A stretch of 56,204 nt of DNA, from NCBI GenBank assembly GCA_002633005.1, contig NMRA01000712.1, positions 131,850 to 188,053 of the forward strand, read 5' to 3'. Origin of the DNA: Phoronis australis. Lineage: Eukaryota > Animalia > Phoronida. Shown here piece by piece: positions 1-12,002 of the stretch. The first letter of the stretch is position 1, and each line of letters begins with the position of its first letter. The notes under the pieces were generated by a model. It was not told where the DNA came from. It ran no database searches and worked only from the letters and a program-made list of their open reading frames with translations. The position numbers and the translations under genes were made by a program.

Positions 1-237
1 TTGTGTCCCGTCGGAAGAAAATTTAAATTCGAAAACATCTTCTGAAAACGCACAAAAAAGTGTATTAGTAAAATCTACTGATTTTTAAGTGGTTTTAAAA
101 AACAATCGGTAAACTCACCGATTTTTGTCTCATTACTTTGATACGTGTCTCTTCCGATAAGTTAGTACCTAACGTGCAGACGAGAACTCCAAATTGGAAC
201 GCTAAGTCCCGCGTGGTTGCGCTGCACGCGAAACAAG

Positions 238-535
238 ATGGCGGGCGAACTTTGGAGCCTGACGAAAATAGGTAACCGGACGATATTTAATAAATTTGTC
301 AACAAATACTGTCTACTGAGGGTTATTCCTTATTCAGTGGTAGTAACTGGTTCTCAAATCAATTTTAAATCAGACCCACATATCCAACTTTTACCCAATT
401 CACTTACCTGGCATTAACGAAGGAGCAGTTGTAACCCAATGTTGTACATGTTTTGTGCATGTGCACTTGTTTAAACATCTATTTTGTTTGACCATTTATA
501 AGTATAATCATCCTCTCCTAATTATTACAGGCTAG
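238..535 (+). promoter_or_regulatory. HDHD2 leader exon with spliced uORF (MAGELWSLTKIG*) in a CpG-rich promoter region
   Basis: CAAGATGGCG (YY1-like) with ATG at 238; donor ATAG|gtaacc after 271; acceptor ttattacag|GC at 531. Splicing gives G+GC then TAG at 533-535, 14 nt before the main ATG at 550. Confidence 0.55.
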
Positions 536-549
536 CCATCTCTGATACA

Positions 550-3500
550 ATGCAGACTGTTGGGGCTGTAAAAGCAGTCTTGATTGACCTGAGTGGAACT
601 TTGCATGTAGAGGACATGGCAGTACCTGGATCACAGTCTGCATTGGAGAGGTATTACCCACTCAGGTTGCATTTAAGTTGAGCAGTGTTAGGTACTGAAT
701 CCTTTACTGTGTTTTTGAGTTTACTTCTGTGTTGGACCAAAGAAAAATGTCAAAATTTGGCATTTGGCTAAATTCGAAAGACTGCATCTAAGAAATAGCT
801 GGTTGGATCTGTACAAAACTTTCAAATGCTTTCTGCACTGCTCTACAAATAGTTGTTATGCATTGTTTTTAATGTTCCACTTTTGTTTGAGAGGATAACA
901 AAAATATGATTTTTATGGTTTCATGAAAAAATCAAAAGTTTTATTAAACAAAAATGAAATGAGAATTTAGAAAATCGCAACTGTTCAGCATTTTTGTGGC
1001 TTTATCTTGAAATTGTATAGCCAAAGAAATTTGTGTTAATGTTATCGTTACCATTGTTTTGCAATCTATGTACCTCTCTCTTTAAAATTTGATAAAAATA
1101 CACGGTCATATGACTCAATTTATGACATATTGTGAAAAGGCTAAAATGAAATTCCACAAGGTTTCTACTTTTAAAAATTATCTGGTAGTACATTTAGTGA
1201 GTTAAAATCTATAGTTTTGTAGTCAGACATTTGGCAAAATACACTGGATGAGGTCTACATATCCTTAAGAGAATTTAGTTTAAAATATACTGTTAACGAC
1301 AATAGCCAAGTTTAATGTGCCCACATTTTGAGAACCAGTTTGATGTTATCCGGTGGGGAAAACTGGTTCTCATAATGCGGACATGTTATATACGACTATT
1401 ACCCTGTTAACTTTAAAATCTGGACATGAATGTTCTGAGGGTTGCTCACGACTTGACTCGATTACCTGCTGGGTTGGTAAATGAGGAATGTAATTTGCTG
1501 TATTATCATTGGTTGGTTACCTCTTCGCATTATGTTTCTAAATCAAAATTTTTGAAATTCAGCCTGCCAACCATGCTTTCAGGTTGAGACATTCAGGGGT
1601 GGGAATAAAATTTGTAACCAATACGACAAAAGAGTCCAAGGCACATCTTCATCAGAAACTTGTTTCCCTTGGTTTCAAGATCGAGTTGCAAGAAATTTTT
1701 ACGTCCCTGACTGCAGCTGTTAATCTTGTTCAAGAGAGACAGTTACGACCTCTGTTGTTCCTTGAAGAATCGGCAATTGAAGACTTCAAGGGTATTTCTC
1801 AAGAGGATCCCAACGCTGTTGTTATTGGCTTAGCTCCTGGTTGTTTCAACTACCCTTCCATGAACAAGGCTTTTAGGTAAGAGTGTAAAATAATGAATCA
1901 CTTTGCTTTTAACTTCCTAAAACTGAGAAGGTGATATAGTATTATCATTCTTAAAATATAGCATCCTCTAGCCATTTGCAAAATGTAACGCCTGAAGGTG
2001 GTCGTACAAATGCCCAACTGAAACGTTGAACCAATGTAAACAGGATAGGGATTGATATTAGTAGAAATGGTTACACTTTGCTTTTCTCAATTTACGCAAG
2101 TACTCAGATACTTTTTTCGACTATAAAGTGAGGTTGAGAACATTTGTAGAGGCCCTGATTTTCTGTTTTCAAACTCAGAGAAATCTGTTATAGGAAATTT
2201 TAAAATTCCATTTTTTCTTTTTTGTGAATTTTGTGAGTAAAAGTAGCATTTGTGCAGCAGCTCCATTGCACTGATAACTTTCTGCACTTCTGTTTCTCAA
2301 AACCGGAAAGAAAAAAAAACAACGCCAACTTCAGAGAGAATGAATAACTATATGAACATGCCTGCTGTCAAGTGATAGGCGATCGACGTGTGGCCAGAAT
2401 CAGTTTCTAATTAGGAATTTGATGATTTTGGTTATTAAGATAACCAAAATATTTTAAGTATAGTGTCTACGACTGAAATATGTGATATCCGTTCAAAACC
2501 TCTAATTCTGTGATTGAAGTAAAATTTTGTGAATTTCGCCATTTTCTGTTGCAGAAAATGAGGGTTGCTATCTTTGAAGCTTGTAGTTGCAACTTCAAAC
2601 CACTTATAACCTCCACTCAGATAGCATACAGACAGAAAACTAGAAGTGCCAACTTGCCTTGCGTTAGGATTTGAATTTTCCTTTTAGACAAATGTTAAAT
2701 GAAAACGAGCAAAACTTGCCTCTGAAATACATGACTGTGTACCAACATAATGGCAGGGAATGCGTGATAACATTGCAGTTTTGCTGTACAGTAGCTAGGT
2801 GGAATGTGGTGCATGAACATTAAATGACATTTACTAGTAGATAATATTGGCTGTATTTGAAGGCTTCTTCAGAGTGGTGCTTCACTAATTGCAATACACA
2901 AGGCGCGGTATTATAAGAAGAAGGATGGCTTGGCCATCGGCCCAGGTAAATTTGTTATACAGTAACGAGGTTTTACATTACACAATCTGCACAAATCACA
3001 GGTCATTTTTTTCTGTTCAAACTGCCCTATTTGGGTTTTGGAATCTGAGGCACCCTGACATTTAGTTGAGATTTTTCCTGCTTAGCGGGGTCCTCGCAGT
3101 CTTCTAGATAGACATAGAACTTGCCCGGTAGACATCATCAGATTGTGCAGGTATAATAGCGTTTATAACTTCCTAAAAATGGGAATACTAGAAGACTTCC
3201 CTCACGAGGAACCTCTTGCTAAGGAATCCCCTTGAGTCTTAATCAGGTGATTAGTGCAATGGGCCCAGCTGTGTGGCCTAAGCCTGGTGTAACGCAGAAG
3301 GCACCTGGCCATCTGCCTATTTTTTACACAAATCTTGTCTGACTTGCGCTTGTAAATTTCCTGTGATATGCTGATGTAGTTGTACTAATTACTGTTAGTA
3401 ATGGTATTATTTTATGATGTATACCATTTTGCCATATTGATTGCAGTTATGACTTGTTTTACCGTTATCTTTGTCCTAGCTATTTATTTAGTTTTTATTT

Positions 3501-6500
3501 TTACAATTATAATTATCACCATGAAATAAAAATTGGAATGAAATTTTTTATCCATATTTATGACACCCTCAGAGATATGGGTGACTTGAAAGGCTTGACG
3601 TTGGCAGGGGAAGAATCACTGAGGTTTTCAGAGAGCTCCCTGGCGATAAAAATATTAAAGGAACATTTAAGTTCGAAACACTGAAAAAATGTTTCATTAA
3701 GTGGAAATTGTACATTTGTGCAGTACAATATTGTGGCATGTGTACACACTAGAGTTGGAGCTAAAACACTGTTATGTATGAGATGGAACCGACAAGCTTA
3801 AATAATTGAGCTTTTGGGATCAGATTGCATACAGGTGTCGTCACTGATTATTCAAGGGTACCTGACAGTCATAGGTGCATACTTTGAATCATATGCCAGA
3901 ACCACTGAACCATGTGCTCAAACCTTTGAATATGAATCAAATTATACAGATAAATCAAATCGTACACACTTCTTGAACAAAAAGGCTTTCACACAAGTTG
4001 TGAAATCCTTCATTCAAGCAATACGGCCATTGAATCATTTGCACAAATCACAGTCTAGTTGATTTTGTGGTCACGTATGATTTTTGTTGGAAGATATGTG
4101 ATTCATGCGTATTATTCACTGGTTTGGTTGTAAGATTCAGTAGTTCTGGGGTATTATTAGAAGTTTATAGACTGTCTAATACCCTTGTTATTAACCATGA
4201 TTGTTTGGCTGAAGTATGCAGTCTCTGAATAGTTATCAGTGATTTCTATTTTAGGTGCCTTCATTGAAGGACTAGAGTACTCAACTGGTGTTCAGGCAGA
4301 GGTGGTTGGCAAGCCGGAGACAAGATTTTTCCTGGGTGCTCTTGATACCATGGGTGTTTGTCCTGAGGAGACGGTGATGATTGGAGATGTATGTGAATCA
4401 TTAGTAAGAACAACAAAGCACTGAAGAGAGAGTGAGACTGGGTAGCGTGAGAGGGGGTTGAGAGAAGGGGTTGAGTGGTAGGGGTAGAGTTAGAGGGGTA
4501 GAGTTAGAGGGGTAGAGTTAGAGGGNNNNNNNNNNNNNNNNNNNNNNNNNNNNNNNNNNNNNNNNNNNNNNNNNNNNNNNNNNNNNNNNNNNNNNNNNNN
4601 NNNNNNNNNNNNNNNNNNNNNNNNNNNNNNNNNNNNNNNNNNNNNNNNNNNNNNNNNNNNNNNNNNNNNNNNNNNNNNNNNNNNNNNNNNNNNNNNNNNN
4701 NNNNNNNNNNNNNNNNNNNNNNNNNNNNNNNNNNNNNNNNNNNNNNNNNNNNGAGGGGGTAGAGTGAGAGGGAGTAGAATGAGAGGGGGTAGAGTGAGAG
4801 AGTTAGGGTGAGGAGGTAGAGTGAGGTGGTTAGAGTGAGAGGAGGTCGAGTAAGAGGGGTAGAGGGGTAGGGTTAGAGAAATGCTGAAATGCTGGGGTTA
4901 ACACCAAGGAATTGCAATTATGTCAGCCCCTTTACCAGTAAGACTCAAAACACTGGTAGAATGTCATTGATGAGCAAGTTGTGTCATTGGGAGTCATAAC
5001 TCTTTGACGTTGAGTATTAACGAGGACTTTGGTTCTTTAAAGGAACTATACTTCCTTACTGTCTTTGTTGGGACTGGGCACATAATGAAGCATGAGTGTC
5101 TAGAAGTGAAAATTCAATAATTTCGTAAGTGTAGTTTTCATTTGCATCCTTAACTTACTCTCAGCACTGCATTAATGGCTGTTTGTTAAGACATAAAATG
5201 CTTTTGATTACAGTCTAAAGAGTAACTCAGTTAATATTGCTGATGCAAATCTGCTTTAATATAGTCAACTCTTACTTGTATGTTTTAGGATGCTAAAGAT
5301 GACATTGCTGGTGCGAAAAGAGCTGGTATTTCAGGAATACTTGTTAAAACAGGTTGTTGGTTAATTTTGTTTTAACATTTTCTAAAATCATTGTGGAAAA
5401 TTTTATGTTTCTGTTTTCTGAAATCGTGCCGTTTTCACCTGGCATTGTGTTCTTTCAGCATTGGGGATAATTCCAGCCCATTCTGATAACCAAAGCGCCC
5501 TCTGTAGGGCCAATTCAGTTATGGCTGGATGTGTGGAGCTGTTCCAGTTAGGTGTTGCATTTGTGTTTTCTTGGTAACTTGAAACAGCTCGTCAGAATTT
5601 AATAAAGTTTGACACTTGTGTCATTGCTAGAAATGGCATGGCACCAATTTAAGAGCGGATCGCACCACCCAGTCAGACTCTGTTGGTGATGGGATATGCA
5701 AATTTGTGTCTCAAATTCGCTGACAATTTTACTTTTCAATTCCATCTCCATGCAGTTTCTTGTTAAGCAGTGCACTCCTAAAATGAATTCTGAGATACAA
5801 AAAGACTTCTGTGTGGTAGGTCAGTATTAAATCAAAAATGTTCACAAAAATACTCTAAATTAAAGGACAAGTTCCAGAAAATGCTTTCTCTGAGAACTAG
5901 CTGTCTGTTTGTTATTCCAGTTGTCCCAAAGTTTCTACTAAAGGGCACGAAAGTTTTGAAAAGTACATTAGCTGACTTGCAGAGAAACAACAAATGGATT
6001 TTTTCAGCCCTTGCACAACTCACTGTTGCGGTTTTTGCTTTTTATCCATCTATTGCATTTTTTTGGTCAAATTTAACATGACTTCCAATACAGAATACAC
6101 AATATTTTTCAGCTTTGTTGGAATTGCACATCTGGTTGAGTTTGGTGCCAAAACTTGAAATTTTTTCCTTCCTGCTGTTAAAGTCATCTGTCAGTGGCAC
6201 TTTTTCTCTTCATTGTATTTTGAAAACCAGTTTTATTCACTGAATAACTGGCAACAAGCTGGTTCTCAAAACAGACTTTGGGATTCCTAGAATAAGAAAA
6301 ACACCATAAATTTCCAATAAAAGTCTATCTGGGTACTCGTAATTTAGAATATTTTTATGAACGTATGCGACACCTCATACATAACCTAGAATGATAATTT
6401 ATGTTGACAAAATGATGATTTATGTTAGTGACGATTTATGTTTACAGAATGATGATTTATATTGACAGAATGACAATTTATGTTCACATTACAGGTAAAT

Positions 6501-6604
6501 ATCGAGAAAGTGATGAATCAAAGTTTCACCCGCCGCCTGACATTGTTTGTGAAGACTTTCCATCTGCAGTTGACTACATATTGTCCAAAATCTCGTCACA
6601 GTGA
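550..6604 (+). CDS. HDHD2: Haloacid dehalogenase-like hydrolase domain-containing protein 2 (HAD class IIA), ~261 aa
   Basis: Exons 550-650, 1583-1876, 2863-2945, 4255-4388, 5289-5352, 6495-6604, all GT-AG and phase-compatible (786 nt). Motifs: [77 protein letters not shown]. Confidence 0.95.
1295..1410. mobile_element. Short hairpin MITE (family also at ~36568-36667 and a fragment at ~6218-6271)
   Basis: Inverted arms ttttgagaaccagttt ... aaactggttctcataa; the same arms recur at 36590-36645. Confidence 0.55.
4425..4880. repeat. GA/G-rich minisatellite (AGAGGGGTAGAGT-like) spanning an assembly gap of N at 4526-4752
   Basis: Repeated gagttagaggggta / agagtgagag units on both sides of the N run, in an HDHD2 intron. 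Confidence 0.9.
6388..6487. repeat. ~21-bp tandem repeat (about 5 degenerate copies) before the last HDHD2 acceptor
   Basis: Units resemble agaatgatgatttatgttgac. Confidence 0.75.
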
Positions 6605-7489
6605 CCAAAAAATTTTTGATATGTGTGAAAAGTGTGCCTTGTGCACTGGACAAGGATGCTGTCTGCGATCAGAACCAGAGAGCAGAAAGGAAAGAGATTG
6701 CAGTAAATGAACTTCGCTGCATTGTGTCATTCAGCTATGCTCTCAAGGACCTTAGTTAAGGAAATTCATGTCCAGGCTTGCAGGAGCTGTGAGACATTAT
6801 GTGCCACCATACATGTTTCTGTTTTTTTGGGAAACGCTACCAAACAACCAAGCCAATCAAATGTATAAAGGGCGAGGTAATACCTCCGCGTGAGGCAGTC
6901 CATCTCAAAACAGTTTACGGCTCTGAAAACATGTACCAGGTTTTAAAATATGCGATCATAACTCCTGATTTCGTTATTATGTTCAAGTAGTCTGAAACTA
7001 TACAATATTAAAATAGGAACTGGAAATTGTAACTTCAAAACTCTTGACAAGAGTACTTAGTGCTGTAGACTTCTGTTGCCTCTGTGATTTGCACGTTACT
7101 CATCTCTTTGTCACTTTGTCTTGCATTGTTGATTTTGGAAAGTTTATATGAGCTGTGGGAGATCATAATAAAAGAAATGTGACTAAGATGAGAATGATAA
7201 TGGGATGGGAATATCCGCTGAGGCAAATTATAGGGGGATGACACCTCATCCAAGTGACAGATGCTCACTATTGTCCGGAAAGCAGTCCGTATGCCACACA
7301 AGTCTGTTCGTGTGTTTCATTGCCTAGTCCCACATGTACCATTTTTCAACCTCACGATAATATGAGGCAGACTGAATGCCCCATTTGGATTAAGTTGAGT
7401 AATCCCTACTTCTACTAGTGATATATGTGTATAAAAGATCTTTGCGCCTGACCTTGAGACACAAGGAACCACTAGTTGTTCTTGTATCA

Positions 7490-7625
7490 TGTATCTAAAG
7501 TGACTTATAAACCCCGTGGAGGGCTGGGTGTTCCTAGTCTTTGTAATGTATTCATTGTTTAAATTCATTTGAACACCTGTCACTATAATAAAAAAATTAC
7601 TTACTTACTTACTTACTTACTTACT
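7490..7625 (+). repeat. AATAAA plus A-run followed by a (TTAC)n microsatellite; possible 3' tail of a non-LTR retroelement
   Basis: ctataataaaaaaaattacttacttacttact...; a poly(A) signal followed by a short tandem tail is typical of CR1/L2-type ends. No RT ORF recognised. Confidence 0.4.
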
Positions 7626-9196
7626 AGTTGTTAATAAGAAATTATTTCAAATCTGAGTAAGGCACAGTTTGAGAACATGCTGGTATTTCAAATTGGGCCA
7701 TTTTCAATCTATGGTAATTCTACATGGTCTTAGAATTTCACCTGAAGGCAACTTCGATATTTTGATTGGTTTGTCATGTGAGCAGCAGGGTGAAGTGTAG
7801 TACTGTTGACTGGGAAATATACAACCCTTCAATAGGTTGGGTGACCTTCAATTATAGCCAGTGACTGAAAACCGAAAACCTATATATAGTCATTACCATA
7901 ACATACACGCACACTCTGGCGCGTTAGGGCTATTGCACTGTAGTATTTGGGGTTTATTTCTTGACCGGTCCATGAGTATTGTGTTGCGATTTCAGAATAG
8001 TAAAATGCTCGGAAAATGTAGTTTATCCTAGATTGATCAACAAAGGCTTGTACGTACAATAAACCAGCTTCATTTGTATTTAGCAATTGGTAACTCCACA
8101 AGTTTGTCTCTGTACCTTTGTATTCATACATAATGTAAACGACTGCATATACTCTAATGATGGGTTATAAACGTCCTTTTACCGAACAAGTCCACCGTTG
8201 TTTTGCCTAAAGCTTTGCAGGTTATCCCCAGTAGGCCTAAAAGTATTCATTTGATTTTCAGCTTTACATGAATCTATCAATAATAATAATAACAATGGCA
8301 ATAGGAAAGGTAGTGGTCACTTGTCCCTAAAAAGGTACTCCGATCTTTATATGTGTTGCTAATAATTCTCATAAATAAGCTCATTGTGCAATCACACGAA
8401 GCCTGAATTGTCCAAAAATTATCATTAGACCAGTGACACGTCGTCAACCTCTTGGGGTAAAAAGCCAACTCACGGATATCAAAGTGCCGTATAACCGTCA
8501 CAAAAAGTGCTAAAAACTTTCTCAACAAAATTGGCCAAAATTTAGATCTCATGGATTATTCGTTATGTCAGAAATCGCGTGTCAGGCGTACAGAAAATTT
8601 CTACGTAAGTCATGTACGCCCGTCACATTCATGAAAATACAATTTTTGGGCCAATAAAAATATGCTAAGTTCTTGTTTTTACTTTCTAAACTTGCAGAAG
8701 ATAAAATTTGTGTCACACTTTAGAACCTGGAACTGTAAAATATTACAAAGATGGCAATAAAATCAAGTAAATAAGTTGCTACGCATTTAAACTAGATGTA
8801 TTAGAAAATTTCAATACAAAAGTTTTGCAAAAAAATTTACAGTGTCACCTAGTACATTCTAATAAAGAAGTCGGATTGTGAAAATTGGACAGTTTGACTT
8901 CATTCTTAAGGAAAATAAAACGAATTAAAAATTTGATGAATCTGCTATTTGTAAAGACATTCCTTAGTTTTTAGAAAATTGAAAAAGCAAAAAGTATTCA
9001 TACAAAATTTAAAATAATATGACACCTAAAAATGTGTGTCAACTTGCTGTTCTGATGCATTAAACCGGTTATTTCTGCACAAACCCGCTGTTTTGTGGTG
9101 AAAAAGCCGATACTGAGCAATTTTGGGAGGTAGCAACCTGTCACTCATTTTATTAAGTATTTTGTCACACAAACCTTCACTGAATGTAGTCACTCT

Positions 9197-9385
9197 CAGG
9201 GGCTGATCCAGGATTTTGAGTTGGGGGGGGGGGGGGGGGCGGGNGCAGACTATTAGTCGCGATTTTGCCAGTCAGATAATTGCACCCCCGAACTGCCAGA
9301 TGGAACATGGGAGAATGTTAGGGGGAACATGGGAGAATGTTAGGGGTACCATAGTATCCTTCCCCCTCCTCTAAATCTTGTCTAA
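9197..9385. mobile_element. MITE of the CAGGGGCGGATCCAGG type (related copy at ~30672-30981)
   Basis: Start caggggctgatccaggattttgagttgggggg matches caagggcggatccaggattttgagttggggg at 30672; the second copy ends cccctaaatccgcatctg. Confidence 0.55.
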
Positions 9386-10317
9386 ATTCTTGTGTTTTTC
9401 AGTGAATTGGATGGCTTGTATGAGCAGTTTATAGCATTAACGATGGCAACGTTTGGTATTTACAAATTTCTGGCAAAAGAAGAATCTTGTTCTCGCAATC
9501 TTTTCGCATTGACGTGCGAAAACAATTTTTTAAAGGCCAACAAGTGTATACAAATTGATTTATCACTCTCATTATGATTCATAATTTTTTATGCATGATT
9601 TTTATCATCTTTGAAGGGAAGTGTGAGTTTTTAGAAGGTTGTTTTGTTGAAAAGATAACATCCTCGTGTACATACCCAGCATAGGGTTGCTCAAGATGAT
9701 GACTGTAGGCAAAATGCCAGTTGGTATATTTTGATTAAACAAAAATAATTTTTCATTACACACTAATTGAATTTTGAATCACTTGCAAAAGAGCAGTATA
9801 GCATAAACGGTGAAGTTTGTATTATTCTGAATTGCTATCTTAGCTACAGCCTACAGTTTACATAGTAGAAATTCAGAGTGAACGTCCGTCAAACTCGCAT
9901 CGAGTTGTCTGACAAAAAATTCTAAGATGTCATAAAAAATTGTGTGTTGTTCTTCAAACATTCCACTAGATGATCATATAAAAATCTAACTTTTTACAAT
10001 TCTCAGAAAATTCATGTTAATTTTTTTATTCAAAAATTCAAATTCTGTGCGTTTGTGCGTCACACCCCTTTAGAGGCGTTTTACTCAGCCAGACTACAAG
10101 ATCAGACAAAAGTTTATACAGGCACGAAAACGAGCTATCAACGAGACCTCTAACAATACTTTCCTAGTAGCGTGAACATTTTTTCACCGTTGACCAAAAT
10201 GTTCTCTGATTGTGCGTCTGTCACAAATGCAAAATTGCCCTAACTATATAGCATACAGTACCACAACTGCCGCCGCCGGAAGCCTTAAAAATGAGTCCCG
10301 TCTGCCGCTGGCATGCC

Positions 10318-10448
10318 AGTGGGCGGCGGCGCAGCACTGAAATAAGTGGGGGGGGCATAGCTCCTCCAGTCCCCTATCATTTGCGACGCACCATAGGGGG
10401 CTGGAGGAATTTAGCCCCCCACTTTTTTCAGTGCTGCGCCGCCAACTG
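10318..10448. mobile_element. GC-rich inverted-repeat MITE (family also at 53421-53578 and a fragment at ~38797-38838)
   Basis: ggcggcgcagcactgaaa ... tttcagtgctgcgccgcc inverted arms; the 53421 copy has CATGGGC...GCCCATG termini. Confidence 0.6.
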
Positions 10449-10624
10449 CCTATGGTCGGGTGCGCCGCTCATGTATTAGTGAGCGCTTTTTCGGAAATAT
10501 ATAGCATGGTGCCTAGCTGAAACGAACAAATAATGCGATATTGTTTTTCTTGTGTCTACAAATTATTCGCTGCACTGGTGTGAATCTCGCCCAACAGTGC
10601 TCACTGGCAGCAGCCGAAACAACT

Positions 10625-11666
10625 ATGCCGTGACGAGTCGGTAACGTTCACAGGCTGCGGCCTCCTGCCTGGCCGTGAGGCACCGGTTGGGGCAAAGGGA
10701 CCATGACTACAAAATAATCCTTACACGGTCAGTGCAACCAATAGTTTGATCTAATATGTAGCGCCCGAAGACGGACGCAATGCTGAAATTTCAACAAACA
10801 CGTTTATAATTCTTGGCAGAAAATTTAATATGTCCATGGCAACCCGGCCAGTACACACGTAACCCGCCGTCGATCTCTCAGTAGTAATATGTAGGCTAAG
10901 GATGACAACCCCCAAAGACGGTACGTATGACGAGTCGTTCACAGGCTGCCTCAATGGGATGGCACTGGCGCCGGAAGGGTTTTCACAGGTCGACCAAATA
11001 ATCCTTATACGGTCATGCAACTATTTAACTTCGATTTACTGTAGCTCGCTCAATCCGGCCTCAATATCGAAATTTGAACGAACACTATGTATAATTTTGG
11101 CTTGGAAATTTAATATGTACATACATGGCAACTTAATTAGACACGTAACCCGTCTGCAATAAATAAGTCCAGGTTGACAATCCCAAAGGCTGTGACGAGT
11201 CATTCACAGGCTGCCTGCCGGGGATCATGGCACCGGCCGGTAAGGTCACAGGTAGGCCTATATCGACCACTAAATAATCCTTATACGGTCATGCAATGAA
11301 CTATATAACTATAATCTAATGTAGCTAACTCCCAATTCGCAATATCGAAATTTCAACGAACACGTATATAATTTCTGGCTTGAAAATTTAATATTTCCAT
11401 ACATGGCAACTTAGACACGTAACCTGTCTGTAACATGTAAGTTCACAGGATGACAACCCCAAAGGCTGTGACGAGTCATTAGTCACAGGCTGCCTGGGAT
11501 GGCACGGGCCGGTAGGATTTTCACAGGTATCGGCCAAATAATCCTTATACGGTCACGCAATAATATAACTTGATCTACTGTAACTCCCCAATCCAAAATA
11601 TCGAAATTTGAACGAACACGTGTATAATTTTTGGCTTGAAAATTTAATATGTCCATATATGGCAAC
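10625..11666. repeat. Tandem array of four diverged ~265-300-bp units
   Basis: Recurrent blocks gacgagtc..cacaggctgc, aaataatccttatacggtc, gaaatttaatatgtccat..ggcaac starting near 10631, 10928, 11192 and 11468. Confidence 0.85.
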
Positions 11667-11949
11667 GGGTTGGGTGACCTCTCGAGAGTACATTGAATAC
11701 GAGGCATGTCATGTGTTTACTGTGATTCATTCGCGAAGGTATCAAATAGGTATAAATGGTTCATAATAACATCACATATCCAAAACCTATCTTTATACTT
11801 ACCTTTCTACTGATATAGTACATTAAAAGTGATTTAAGATTGTAATATTCGCAAATTGCTCGAGACTTATAATTCTGTTGGTTCTAATTTCGGCGTAGTA
11901 AATCAGTTTATCCTATAGTGAATCGGTCTACATCCTCTCTGGCTTGTGA

Positions 11950-12002
11950 TCCGTGGAAGGAGGAAGTGACTATATTTCGGTGACAAAAAGAATCACAAAA
12001 TG
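11950..12002 (+). other. Leader exon ending in the initiator ATG (ATG-only coding exon) for the cofilin locus
   Basis: aatcacaaaATG|gtaagt: strong invertebrate start context and a perfect donor; ETS-like ggaagt just upstream. An intron right after the ATG is the known ADF/cofilin gene layout. The 5' boundary is approximate. Confidence 0.75.

Noticed and set aside
238-271. uORF as an IER3IP1 relic (a neighbour of HDHD2 in vertebrates)
   Set aside because: Only superficial similarity over 11 residues; unsupported.
402-413. ACTTACCTGGCA resembling the U1 snRNA 5' end
   Set aside because: Only 12 nt match; the following sequence does not resemble U1.
10625-11666. CRISPR-like array
   Set aside because: Long diverged tandem units without unique spacers, no cas genes, and a eukaryotic context.
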